This document shows, in pieces, positions 15,682 to 24,819 of a stretch of 64,000 nt of DNA. The stretch is from the IMG/VR virus record IMGVR_UViG_3300043773_000401, positions 1 through 64,000 of that record. One strand, given 5' to 3'. The stretch is from a virus. Both the position numbers and the translations under genes were made by a program. How positions within the stretch are numbered: position 1 is the first letter of the stretch; the number at the start of each line of letters is the position of its first letter. The notes under the pieces were generated by a model. The model was not told the DNA's origin, did no database searches, and was given only the letters and a program-made list of their open reading frames with translations.

Positions 15682-15956
15682 AACAGACAGAATATATAGA
15701 ATTAACATTTGGAGAACAACTTGTTGGATTATCTCATAATCCTTCAGGTAATGAAAATGTACTAAAAGCAAAAAAGCTATGTGCAGAGCTTGCTGACTTA
15801 TTAAATGATACTTATAATAATCCTTATAATTATAATGAAAATAAGAATATAGCACCTGGATACAATGACCCTTTAAAAGAAACTTTATTTCAACATGCTA
15901 TAGGAGAAATACTTAATGCACAGATGAATGTAGTAAAGGTATTAACTTTTGAATAA
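15678..15956 (+). CDS. Helical-hairpin protein, Acb2/Tad1-like nucleotide-sponge candidate
   Basis: TFGEQLVGLSHNPSG...K...AELAD...AI.EI.NAQMNVVK. Confidence 0.5.
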   Translation: MKQTEYIELTFGEQLVGLSHNPSGNENVLKAKKLCAELADLLNDTYNNPYNYNENKNIAPGYNDPLKETLFQHAIGEILNAQMNVVKVLTFE

Positions 15957-15960
15957 TAAT

Positions 15961-16173
15961 ATGAAACAAACAGCAGTACAGTTTTTAATAGAATATATGA
16001 CTGAAAACTTCTATTTAACAGATCAGTCATTAGAACAGTTTGATATAGCTAAAGAAATGCATAAAGAGCAGATCATGGATGCTTATGGTCAAGGTGTAGC
16101 TGATGAAGCAGGAGAAATACTTGATGCTACAAAAGATGCAGTAGATTATTATAGAAGAACTTATAACAAATAA
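15961..16173 (+). CDS. Small phage hypothetical protein
   Basis: MKQTAV...AKEMHKEQIMDAY type. Confidence 0.65.
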   Translation: MKQTAVQFLIEYMTENFYLTDQSLEQFDIAKEMHKEQIMDAYGQGVADEAGEILDATKDAVDYYRRTYNK

Positions 16174-16183
16174 ATTAAAACCA

Positions 16184-16555
16184 ATGAAAAAGTTACTATT
16201 TTTAGCAATGTTCCTATATGGAACGGTATATGCACAGAGAACTATTACCTGTGATGCAATCAGATTTTATACAAAAGCTCCGGGTCAATCATCTTATACA
16301 TATGATGGGACATTAGATAAGCTTACTATGTTCTTTGTACCAGAACCTTTTAATTACATAGAACTGATTACTACAAACGGTATTACCAGATATGATGTTA
16401 TGGATACTATTGTATCAGGATCATCAGTATTTTATACAGTAATGAATAAGGAAAGTAGAAATGTATATGATGTTACCTTAACTGATATACAGGTAGTTTT
16501 CTTCAATGTAGAAGATGGTGCAGATAAAATGATGTCGTTTAAAATTAAAGATTAA
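16184..16555 (+). CDS. Secreted protein (Sec signal peptide)
   Basis: MKKLLFLAMFLYGTVYA|Q. Confidence 0.65.
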   Translation: MKKLLFLAMFLYGTVYAQRTITCDAIRFYTKAPGQSSYTYDGTLDKLTMFFVPEPFNYIELITTNGITRYDVMDTIVSGSSVFYTVMNKESRNVYDVTLTDIQVVFFNVEDGADKMMSFKIKD

Positions 16556-16559
16556 AGTT

Positions 16560-16826
16560 ATGACAGAAAAAGATATTATAAACTTAGGTTTTAAGAAACA
16601 TCTAGTACAAGCAGATGAAAGTGGTGATAAACCATATTACTTTTATGAGTATGACATTTTTACAAGTAAAGGTGAATACACTTATTGTGCATTACTTACA
16701 CCGGCAAATGATGAAGTTAAAGATGAAGACGGTTGGACTGTAATTATCTTTGATTATGATCTTAAAGTAGATAATGTTCAGGATGTTAAAGACTTAATCC
16801 GAATTCTTGAAAAAGCAGCAGGATGA
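16560..16826 (+). CDS. Hypothetical protein
   Basis: 88 aa packed ORF. Confidence 0.65.
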   Translation: MTEKDIINLGFKKHLVQADESGDKPYYFYEYDIFTSKGEYTYCALLTPANDEVKDEDGWTVIIFDYDLKVDNVQDVKDLIRILEKAAG

Positions 16827-17419
16827 AATACAATTTAATTAAAACAGATGACTATCTACTTGTTGTAGATGATTCAGAGATTAAAGAAGGAGATTATTGC
16901 ACTACATATTTGAATATTATTGATGTAGGAAAAATTCATAATTCATACACTATTTTTCATCCAACAACCAAAGAACATCTAAATGACTTGAAGTCTTGTA
17001 AAAAAGTCATAACCCATTTACCACTAAACAATTCTCCTATACTTGAAGGTGTAGATTTATTACCACCATTAGAAGATGATGTTGAGAAGTTGGCTTGGGA
17101 ATTATTTGGCAATGATTATAATGCAAGAGCAAGATACAAAGATGGCTACAACAAAGCCAAAGAGAAGTATAGATTCACAGAGGAGGATATTGCCAAAGCA
17201 ATAACTTATGGTTGGGATTTAAGTCATTATCATAGACTTAATACTGAAGAAAAGTTATTAAAAATGCAAAGAGATTTTATTAAATCTTTATCACAACCAA
17301 AGATGCCTATTGCTTTTGAAGTAGATGAGGATTACTATGGTGGAGAAGTAAAATGGAAGATAAACACCACAACTAATTCAGATGGTAAGAAAGTATGGGT
17401 AGGTAAATACATTTATTAA
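16823..17419 (+). CDS. Hypothetical protein
   Basis: 198 aa, ATGA overlap. Confidence 0.7.
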   Translation: MKYNLIKTDDYLLVVDDSEIKEGDYCTTYLNIIDVGKIHNSYTIFHPTTKEHLNDLKSCKKVITHLPLNNSPILEGVDLLPPLEDDVEKLAWELFGNDYNARARYKDGYNKAKEKYRFTEEDIAKAITYGWDLSHYHRLNTEEKLLKMQRDFIKSLSQPKMPIAFEVDEDYYGGEVKWKINTTTNSDGKKVWVGKYIY

Positions 17420-17421
17420 TT

Positions 17422-17745
17422 ATGAAACAGATAACTAAGAAGCTAATTAAAGCTAAACATTTATTCTGGATATACTTCTACAAGGTTATGAGTAAACTAG
17501 TAGGTATGGAAAGATGTAAAAAAAGAGAACCTCTTAAACCTATGGGTATAGGTAAGAGTATTTATCCACCTGATTATACTCCAATTCAGAAAAGAACTTT
17601 TAGTGATGGTACAGAAGAATACTTTATTCCTGTAGATGCACAAAAGAGAATGGATGAAGCATGGAAGAAGATGGGTATAGACTTAATTAACCCAGAAGGT
17701 ACATCAATGATTACTAAAATTAAAAAGGATGACAAAGAGATATAG
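17422..17745 (+). CDS. Hypothetical protein
   Basis: 107 aa packed ORF. Confidence 0.6.
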   Translation: MKQITKKLIKAKHLFWIYFYKVMSKLVGMERCKKREPLKPMGIGKSIYPPDYTPIQKRTFSDGTEEYFIPVDAQKRMDEAWKKMGIDLINPEGTSMITKIKKDDKEI

Positions 17746-18049
17746 AAGCACTGGTTTTGTATTAGGAAATTACTGGGGAGGAGGACAAGGTTCCTATCCC
17801 GCAAGAAAGTTTGAAGCAGATACTAAAGAAGAGTTGTTAAGAATGAATCTTGAAGCTCTTGCAGATGGTAGTTTAGATTCTGGTATGGGTTATGAAAAAC
17901 TACTAGGTGCTGCACTAGAGATATGTACTATTACCACATTAGATGTAGAAGGTAAAGAGTTTGTGAATAAAGAATATGAAGATAAAGTTATAGGTGATAT
18001 GACTGAAGAACAGACAGATTTCTTATTAGAACAGTTATATTTATCTTAG
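17729..18049 (+). CDS. Hypothetical protein
   Basis: 106 aa, GNYWGGGQGSYPA motif. Confidence 0.65.
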   Translation: MTKRYRSTGFVLGNYWGGGQGSYPARKFEADTKEELLRMNLEALADGSLDSGMGYEKLLGAALEICTITTLDVEGKEFVNKEYEDKVIGDMTEEQTDFLLEQLYLS

Positions 18050-18055
18050 AAATTA

Positions 18056-18063
18056 TATCTTTG
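18056..18063 (+). promoter_or_regulatory. Bacteroidota -7 box TATCTTTG
   Basis: TAnnTTTG 15 nt upstream of ATG 18079. Confidence 0.5.
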
Positions 18064-18078
18064 TAAAAAATCAATATC

Positions 18079-18306
18079 ATGACTGGTACATTACACGCAT
18101 TAGATTCTAAAATAATAGTAAAAACTGTAGAACCTTTTACTTTTGAGATTGTAAGTTATCCCTTACATCCATTAGAAACTGGACATCTAGCTCTTAATGG
18201 AGTAAATGGTGTTCCTGTAGAGTTCCAAGTAATAGAGCTAGAAGGAATTAAATTTGCTACTCTAAATGAAAGATCTGCTCAGGTATACTATAAAGTGGGT
18301 AGCTGA
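18079..18306 (+). CDS. Hypothetical protein
   Basis: 75 aa ORF after a promoter. Confidence 0.55.
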   Translation: MTGTLHALDSKIIVKTVEPFTFEIVSYPLHPLETGHLALNGVNGVPVEFQVIELEGIKFATLNERSAQVYYKVGS

Positions 18307-18457
18307 GAACTTATCTATTCCTTTCTGGATAGTAGGTCATGTTCATCTTTCCCTCAATGTTTACAATGATATCCATGAGCTTATAGCTTCTGTTGGCATG
18401 AATGTTATAGTGGCTATAGGCTTCTGGTTAGGTTATAAAGATTCTAAAAATAAATGA
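18266..18457 (+). CDS. Small membrane protein
   Basis: Two hydrophobic segments. Confidence 0.55.
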   Translation: MKDLLRYTIKWVAENLSIPFWIVGHVHLSLNVYNDIHELIASVGMNVIVAIGFWLGYKDSKNK

Positions 18458-18458
18458 T

Positions 18459-18638
18459 ATGAATAAAGAATTAAATACAATATTACTAGCAGCAATAATA
18501 ATTTATTTATTTGTTGGTGAGTTTTTATCTTTTCTATTCTGGTTTGAGTATGCTCAGACACATGGATTCTTTAATACTTTATTTATAGGATTCTTTGTAT
18601 CACAATTTAAAGGTCTTTTCTGGCCCTTTTTTATTTAA
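18459..18638 (+). CDS. 59-aa two-TM membrane protein (not in ORF track)
   Basis: MNKELNTILLAAIIIYLFVGEFLSFLFWF...KGLFWPFFI*. Confidence 0.55.
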   Translation: MNKELNTILLAAIIIYLFVGEFLSFLFWFEYAQTHGFFNTLFIGFFVSQFKGLFWPFFI

Positions 18639-18658
18639 AAATAGTTATCTTTATAATT

Positions 18659-18916
18659 ATGAAAATTGAAAAGAAGGCTAAAAAGTTAATAGATTCATGG
18701 TATAAGTTAACCAAGAACTATGATATGGCATTGCATTGTGCATTGTGGGAAGCAGAGTATAATATGCATCTAGCTCCTTGTAAAGTTAAGGCTGTCTTAG
18801 TTGTTAAGCATCTAAGAGAGTTATTGTCTAACCAAACAAATAGTAATGAGAAAATGTATACTACTGATATCACTCCTTTCCCTTTCTTCTCCGGTATTTC
18901 TTCAACCAAGTCATAA
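18659..18916 (+). CDS. Hypothetical protein
   Basis: N-terminus resembles 14829..15071 (EKKAKKL...ALHCAL). Confidence 0.5.
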   Translation: MKIEKKAKKLIDSWYKLTKNYDMALHCALWEAEYNMHLAPCKVKAVLVVKHLRELLSNQTNSNEKMYTTDITPFPFFSGISSTKS

Positions 18917-19274
18917 GGAAGTTTATACTGAACTTCTTAAGCACAATATCTTAAACCCCTTTGTAGTTTTACAGCAATGTATAGCTGAAACAGGGTGTGG
19001 TAGTCAAGGTGTAGGCAAGACTAAAAATAACTTATTTGGTTTTAAAAATAAATCAGGTTATAAACATTATAAGAACTGGAAAGAATCTGTAAAAGACTAT
19101 GCTATATGGCAGTGTAAATGGTATGATAAACATCTTCAAGAGAAACATACACCATATGATGAGTGTGATTATTACCACTTTCTATGGACCTATGGATATG
19201 TAGATGGGATATCATGTTCAAGCAGAAGCATGAAGTATGTAGAGTATATCAAAAAAATGAGACCAAGAATATGA
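18846..19274 (+). CDS. Glucosaminidase/lysozyme-fold peptidoglycan hydrolase with signal peptide
   Basis: QCIAETG...NNLFG...Y..W.ESVKDY (GH73-like). Confidence 0.75.
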   Translation: MRKCILLISLLSLSSPVFLQPSHKEVYTELLKHNILNPFVVLQQCIAETGCGSQGVGKTKNNLFGFKNKSGYKHYKNWKESVKDYAIWQCKWYDKHLQEKHTPYDECDYYHFLWTYGYVDGISCSSRSMKYVEYIKKMRPRI

Positions 19275-19645
19275 AACCATTAATTACTGTAGAGCTTATT
19301 AGAACTGAGAATGGTCTAGAGCTTGCAACAAACACAGATCAGATTGAGTATGATATGTTTGTAAAGAGTATCCCTATGGGTACTAAGATACAACAGACTT
19401 TAGAGATTGCTAAAGATGATCATAGTTATGCTCAAATAAGTAAATTACATGCTGGTATTAGAGAATTAGCAGCAGAAACCGGATCTACATTTGAAGAAAT
19501 GAAAGATCAAGTAAAGCTTAGAGCTGGTTTAGTTACTCCAGATGGAACACCTAAATCATTTGCTAAGTGTTCAAAGGATGAACTATCTCAGGCTATTCAG
19601 ACTTTGATTCGGTTGGGGGAGTTTGTTGGGCTGTCCCTGTATTAG
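19271..19645 (+). CDS. NinB-like hypothetical protein
   Basis: Q.SKLHA.IRELA.ETG..FEEMK...KSFAKCSKDELS.AI. Confidence 0.55.
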   Translation: MKPLITVELIRTENGLELATNTDQIEYDMFVKSIPMGTKIQQTLEIAKDDHSYAQISKLHAGIRELAAETGSTFEEMKDQVKLRAGLVTPDGTPKSFAKCSKDELSQAIQTLIRLGEFVGLSLY

Positions 19646-19910
19646 TAATAGTAATCTTCTTAGTTTTCTTTTGCTCAACAGCAGCTTGAGAAAGCATACC
19701 AGAAATATAGAGAAGGGTCTCCATGTGATATTCAATAGAGTTTTCTTTGATATCCTTGCCTTCTCTGACTTTCTTGGATATTTCAATAAGCTTAACAGGG
19801 TCTGTTTCTTTAAGACCAGATAAGGCTAATTGATTTAGTCTCATGAAGACTGCACCACTAAGAGTTACTGTTATTTCTGATTCAGGATCAACTGCATCAT
19901 ATTCTTGCAT
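19593..19910 (-). CDS. Hypothetical protein on the opposite strand
   Basis: 105 aa, fills the gap between + genes; own - strand TATATTTG box. Confidence 0.65.
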   Translation of the reverse strand: MQEYDAVDPESEITVTLSGAVFMRLNQLALSGLKETDPVKLIEISKKVREGKDIKENSIEYHMETLLYISGMLSQAAVEQKKTKKITITNTGTAQQTPPTESKSE

Positions 19911-19925
19911 AGTACAAAATTTTTA

Positions 19926-19933
19926 CAAATATA
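19926..19933 (-). promoter_or_regulatory. Bacteroidota -7 box on the - strand
   Basis: CAAATATA (rc TATATTTG) 15 nt upstream of ATG 19910. Confidence 0.5.
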
Positions 19934-20478
19934 TGAAAAATAAGAAAAAAACCATAGAGGATATAGATTCAGACATGGCTGGATTAAAGAGAAAGCTTTC
20001 TTTACTTAGTAAAACTGTAGTCAATCTTAAAGCAGAGCTTGACCTATTGAAAGGACAGAAGTCTAAGATGGTACTAGCAACTCTAGAAGATCTTAAAAGA
20101 AAAAATATAGTAGCATATACTATTGAAGATGTGAGAGAAGCTGCTAATGATTGGCTAAGAGCAATAGGAGAAACTGAACTAGTACAATCTGAGAGTAGAA
20201 GACTAAACATAAAGATAGCTAGGCATGTGTCTTGGATAATACTAAGAGATATGGGATATTCTACAATTGCAATTGGTGAAGCATATAATAATAATCACTC
20301 AACTGTTGTAGTAGCAGTGACTAGAGCTAGAGAGTTAGTAAGTATTAATGATATAACATATGTTAATGCTTATAAAGGTATAAAACAAATATTAGAAGTA
20401 TATTATGGTGACGGAGATAAACATACAGCAGATAAGGGAGAAGGTATATCAAAACTTAAAGAGTCATGGGTGGCATAA
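19933..20478 (+). CDS. Coiled coil plus DnaA C-terminal (domain IV)-like HTH protein
   Basis: ARHVSWIILRDMGYSTIAIGEAYNNNHSTVVVA resembles RQIAMYL..SL..IG..F.RDHTTV.HA. Confidence 0.7.
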   Translation: MKNKKKTIEDIDSDMAGLKRKLSLLSKTVVNLKAELDLLKGQKSKMVLATLEDLKRKNIVAYTIEDVREAANDWLRAIGETELVQSESRRLNIKIARHVSWIILRDMGYSTIAIGEAYNNNHSTVVVAVTRARELVSINDITYVNAYKGIKQILEVYYGDGDKHTADKGEGISKLKESWVA

Positions 20479-21115
20479 TGCACTTAAAGGATTTGTACTA
20501 AGTGATGATTTTGATAAGATTATTCTCCAGTTAGTAGATGAAGCAAATGATAATAAGAGATTTACTCCACCTCTTAAGTATGCATTTAAAGCTTTTGAAG
20601 CATGTGACTTTGATAAACTCAGAGTAGTTATTATAGGACAAGACCCTTACCCGCAGCTAGGAGTAGCAGATGGTATAGCATTCTCATGTAGTTTAACTAA
20701 TGATCCACAGCCTTCATTGAAATATATCTTTAAAGATATTGAGAAGAATCTCTATCCAGATGGTTATGTGTGGGATCCTAATTTAGAAAGATGGGCTGAT
20801 CAAGGTGTATTATTACTTAATACTGCATTGACTACTACAATAAATAAACCAGGTACTCATCAGAATATCTGGAAAACATTTATTGTATACTTACTAGACT
20901 ATCTAGCATGGAATAATCCAGGGTTGGTATATGTATTTATGGGTAAGAAAGCACAAGAATATATGGCATTGATACCAGATAATGTTCATAAGTTAACTTG
21001 CTCACATCCAGCTAGTGCCGCATATAATAATCTAGAAGAATGGGATTCAGGAAATATATTCAAGAGAATTAATGATATTTGCATAAGTATAAATGGTAAT
21101 CCAATAAACTGGTAA
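20405..21115 (+). CDS. ung: Uracil-DNA glycosylase (family 1)
   Basis: IIGQDPYP, GIAFS, WADQGVLLLN, SHP. Confidence 0.92.
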   Translation: MVTEINIQQIREKVYQNLKSHGWHNALKGFVLSDDFDKIILQLVDEANDNKRFTPPLKYAFKAFEACDFDKLRVVIIGQDPYPQLGVADGIAFSCSLTNDPQPSLKYIFKDIEKNLYPDGYVWDPNLERWADQGVLLLNTALTTTINKPGTHQNIWKTFIVYLLDYLAWNNPGLVYVFMGKKAQEYMALIPDNVHKLTCSHPASAAYNNLEEWDSGNIFKRINDICISINGNPINW

Positions 21116-21116
21116 C

Positions 21117-21704
21117 ATGGAACAGATATATAAGATACTACTAGCAAATAACATAACTCCAAATGAGTTATTTCTGATGTGGATGATTAAAAATGGTAAG
21201 CCTCTTACTAAAATGAATACTCACTTAGAGGTAAGAAATTTGCAGAACAATGAATTACTACAACCAGAGAGTGTAGTGCTCACTGAGAAAGCAAATTTCA
21301 TACTAAGTGAAGTAGAACAGATGGTTAAGAAGACAGTAACTAAGATACCAGAGCAAATATCATCAGATGATATAGATGCTAGAATTAAAACTTATCTGTC
21401 TATATGGCCACAAAGAGTATTACCAAGTGGTAAACCTGCTAGAGTATCAGCTAAAGTTATTAAAGATAGTTTTAAATGGTTCTTTACTAACTATGATTAT
21501 TCATGGCAGGTTATTCTTGCAGCTACCCAGATGTATATTGATAAACAAGAGAATGATAACTACCGGGCTTGCAGAACATCACAGTATTTTATAGTAAAGA
21601 CTACACCAGAAAAGATTAAGGAATCTGTACTGGCAGATTATTGTGAATTAGTTCTAGCAGGAGGGGATGAAGACTTGCCATATTTCAGAGAAAAAGTAGT
21701 TTAA
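21117..21704 (+). CDS. Hypothetical replication-associated protein
   Basis: 195 aa, directly upstream of DnaB. Confidence 0.65.
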   Translation: MEQIYKILLANNITPNELFLMWMIKNGKPLTKMNTHLEVRNLQNNELLQPESVVLTEKANFILSEVEQMVKKTVTKIPEQISSDDIDARIKTYLSIWPQRVLPSGKPARVSAKVIKDSFKWFFTNYDYSWQVILAATQMYIDKQENDNYRACRTSQYFIVKTTPEKIKESVLADYCELVLAGGDEDLPYFREKVV

Positions 21705-21708
21705 TAAA

Positions 21709-21739
21709 TTTGTTTTTTCCATGTATATGGCTATCTTTG
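21709..21739 (+). promoter_or_regulatory. Bacteroidota sigmaA promoter
   Basis: TTTG-N19-TATCTTTG upstream of the helicase gene. Confidence 0.65.
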
Positions 21740-21759
21740 TATATTAAGTCAAAAAACAC

Positions 21760-22743
21760 ATGAGTTTAAAGCAAGTCTCAGAAAGAGATGTATGGGTAAA
21801 TACACTCAAGTATATCCAAAAGAGAAAGAAAGGTGAGGTTAAAAGTATCAAGACTCCCTGGTCTAAGTTTAATGATGCAACACTAGATGGTTTAGAGCTC
21901 AATTCAATGATTGTAATTGCAGCAAGACCAGGTACAGGTAAAACTTTTATTAAAGATCAACTAATCAATGAAGCTATTACTATTAATAAGGATATCCCTT
22001 TTAATGTACTAGAGTTTCAGTTTGAGATGGTTGATAAAGCAGCTAAGTCAAGAGAGCTTAGCTTTGCACTAGGATTAAACTACAAGAAGATTAATAGTGT
22101 AGGATCTCCATTATCAGATGCTGAATATGAGAGATGTAAAGACTATGCTAAGAGTAGGATTAGTTCTATAAATAGAAAGTATGTATTTGAACCTTGTACT
22201 GTCAATGAGATTAAAGAAGAAGTAGAGCACTGGTTTGAGGCTAATGCTAGAGAAGAAAATGGTGAGAAGGTATATGTACCTGGTATCATTACTCTAGATC
22301 ACTCATTCTTAGTGAAGCTAGCTCCATATGAGAAAGATAAGATGGAGACTCTATATAATCTAGGTGAGGTTATTACACAGACTAAGAGAAAGTATCCTGC
22401 AATATGGATTGTGCTTAGCCAGCTTAACAGAAATGTAGATAAGCCAGAGAGAAGTGAAGAAGGAAAGATAGGTAACTATATTCTAGACTCAGATATCTTT
22501 GGTGCAGATGCCTTGGTTCAACATGCAGATCTTGTAGTAGGTTTTAACAGACCTTCTAAAAGAAACATTAGAATCTATGGACCAGATAAGTTTATAATTG
22601 AGAGTGACAATATACTCGTTGCTCACTTCTTAAAGGTAAGATTTGGTGATACCCGTATAAGCTTTTTCAGGGCAGACTTTGAGAATCTCAGAATACATGA
22701 GATAGAGCCCCCACCAAGACAAGAGAAAATTTCACTTAAATAA
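21760..22743 (+). CDS. dnaB: DnaB-like replicative helicase
   Basis: AARPGTGKT, FEM, LDH, LSQLNR, K.RFG. Confidence 0.9.
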   Translation: MSLKQVSERDVWVNTLKYIQKRKKGEVKSIKTPWSKFNDATLDGLELNSMIVIAARPGTGKTFIKDQLINEAITINKDIPFNVLEFQFEMVDKAAKSRELSFALGLNYKKINSVGSPLSDAEYERCKDYAKSRISSINRKYVFEPCTVNEIKEEVEHWFEANAREENGEKVYVPGIITLDHSFLVKLAPYEKDKMETLYNLGEVITQTKRKYPAIWIVLSQLNRNVDKPERSEEGKIGNYILDSDIFGADALVQHADLVVGFNRPSKRNIRIYGPDKFIIESDNILVAHFLKVRFGDTRISFFRADFENLRIHEIEPPPRQEKISLK

Positions 22744-22750
22744 ATAGAGT

Positions 22751-23299
22751 ATGTTAAAAACAAAAGAAGTAGGTCTAACTGCAGAACAAAAGAAGATAAA
22801 GTTAGCCGAGCTTAAGCGTTTTCATCAGACTAAGTTTGATGTACTAGGAGTTAAAGACCCCTTGTTCATACCAAAGATGGCTTACAAGCCTACTGGTAAG
22901 GATGATAAGGTAGTTAGTTTCTTCCCTAGTGAGCTTAAGAAAGGGCAAGACATTTATACTGAGTTTGTCAGCAGAGAGTATGACCCAGAAGATCTTCCAG
23001 AAAGAAGATTATGGAAATGGAGATACAATCCATATTGGGAAACTGAGTATGAAACAGTACAACATGATGCCCAAGGTAATGTAAGGTATCTAATACCTGT
23101 ACTAGAGTTGTTTCCTGTAGGACTGAATATTATACCTGCAGAGACAGCACAGATGAAAATGTTTGATAATTTAGTAGATTCAACAGATGGTGTTAATGCA
23201 CCTATTACAGAAATGACAATACTGGATTTTGCAGCTATTATGCTTAAGCAACCAGTAAGTAGTAAAGAATGGTTAAATAATATAATAAGAGGTAAATGA
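22751..23299 (+). CDS. Hypothetical protein
   Basis: 182 aa in the replication operon. Confidence 0.7.
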   Translation: MLKTKEVGLTAEQKKIKLAELKRFHQTKFDVLGVKDPLFIPKMAYKPTGKDDKVVSFFPSELKKGQDIYTEFVSREYDPEDLPERRLWKWRYNPYWETEYETVQHDAQGNVRYLIPVLELFPVGLNIIPAETAQMKMFDNLVDSTDGVNAPITEMTILDFAAIMLKQPVSSKEWLNNIIRGK

Positions 23300-24048
23300 G
23301 TAAGATAACACTTCCAACAGGTATAGAACCTGCATCAATTAAAAGTCCTAAGAACTTAATAATCTTTTCTAAGCCTAAGGTAGGTAAGACTACATTACTG
23401 GCAGGATTAGACAATTGTTTGTTGCTAGATTTAGAACAAGGTTCAGACTATGTTGCTGCAATGAAAATCCAGGCTAACTCTGTAGATGAAATTAAGGAAA
23501 TTGGTAAAGCTATCAAAGAAGCTAACTATCCTTATAAGTATATTGCAGTTGATACTATAACAGCACTAGAAGAAATTTGTGTAGGCTATGCTGAAGAATT
23601 ATATTCTAAGAGCTCTATGGGTATGAATTGGTTTAAATCTGGAGGTGGTAAAGAAAAGTATGGTAGTATCCTTAACATGCCTAATGGTGCAGGGTATCCA
23701 TGGCTTAGAGATGCCTTTGTTAAAGTAGTTAACTATATCAGGACTTGGGCTCCTCATATAATTTTACTTGGTCACATTAAAGATGTCCAGTTAGATAAAG
23801 CAGGTGCAGAATTTAACACAATGGATTTGGATTTGACAGGAAAAATTAAGAGAATTGCAAGCTCAAAGTCTGATGCTATTGGTTACCTATACAGAAAAGG
23901 TAATAAAAACATCCTTAGTTTCAAGACTTCTGATGAAGTAGCATGTGGTGCAAGACCAGATCACTTAAAGAATCAGGAGATTGTTATCTCTGAGGTTGAA
24001 GAAAATGGTAATATAAAAGTATATTGGGACAAAGTATTTATTGATTAA
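23296..24048 (+). CDS. AAA_24/Sak4-like P-loop ATPase (recombination)
   Basis: SKPKVGKTT, LDLEQG, AVDTIT, LLGH. Confidence 0.8.
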   Translation: MSKITLPTGIEPASIKSPKNLIIFSKPKVGKTTLLAGLDNCLLLDLEQGSDYVAAMKIQANSVDEIKEIGKAIKEANYPYKYIAVDTITALEEICVGYAEELYSKSSMGMNWFKSGGGKEKYGSILNMPNGAGYPWLRDAFVKVVNYIRTWAPHIILLGHIKDVQLDKAGAEFNTMDLDLTGKIKRIASSKSDAIGYLYRKGNKNILSFKTSDEVACGARPDHLKNQEIVISEVEENGNIKVYWDKVFID

Positions 24049-24061
24049 ATTTTAAATAGTT

Positions 24062-24766
24062 ATGATTAACACATTAGATGTAAATGTAGAGTTAGGTTCA
24101 GGTGGTGGACCGAGTAAAGTATTAGAATATGGTAACCATGAAGTTACTGTAGTAAAAGTAATATTAGATGAAAATAGGTTTCAACCAGATTCTTATTTCC
24201 TAAAGTTTATTGTAGAAGGCCCAGATATGGGAGATGATTTCCAAGGTTTACTATTTGATAAGAATGATCCTAGTCTAGGAAGACACCGTGGTCAAGTAGG
24301 ATGGGTTAAAGCTAATCAATATGCTTTTGCAGATAAGAATGAAGGTGGTTTAGTAATTAAAAGAGATCAAGAGATCTTGAAATATATTAAATTGCTTGCA
24401 CTAGAATGTGAAGCAGGTGATTGGTTTATTGCACAAAATGGTAAGCATAGCACTATCCAGGAGTTTATCCAAGCAGTAAATGAATCTAAGTTCTTTAAAG
24501 ATAAACCACTTAGAGTTTGTATTGGTTCTAGAAGGTATGAGAGCAAAGGTTATATGAATAATGACTTGTTCTTAACCAGATGGACTAAGAAGAATAAACC
24601 ATTTGAGTCTGTATCTGTACCAGCAAGTGAGTCTATGATTCCTGTATTTAATGAAACAGAACATGTCTATACTAAGAAAGAAAAAGAAGTTTCTGGATTC
24701 AGCAGTGATGGAAGAGTAGAAGAGAAGAAAGTAAGCACCAAGTCTGGTGATGATTTTGACCTGTAA
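24062..24766 (+). CDS. Probable single-stranded DNA-binding protein
   Basis: Follows the Sak4-like ATPase; acidic tail GDDFDL. Confidence 0.55.
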   Translation: MINTLDVNVELGSGGGPSKVLEYGNHEVTVVKVILDENRFQPDSYFLKFIVEGPDMGDDFQGLLFDKNDPSLGRHRGQVGWVKANQYAFADKNEGGLVIKRDQEILKYIKLLALECEAGDWFIAQNGKHSTIQEFIQAVNESKFFKDKPLRVCIGSRRYESKGYMNNDLFLTRWTKKNKPFESVSVPASESMIPVFNETEHVYTKKEKEVSGFSSDGRVEEKKVSTKSGDDFDL

Positions 24767-24781
24767 TATTTATTATAATCA

Positions 24782-24810
24782 GGGGGAGTAAGAGATTGCT
24801 CCCCTTTATT
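24782..24810 (+). terminator. Intrinsic terminator
   Basis: GGGGAGTAA/TTGCTCCCC-TTT. Confidence 0.6.
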
Positions 24811-24819
24811 ATTTGTACT

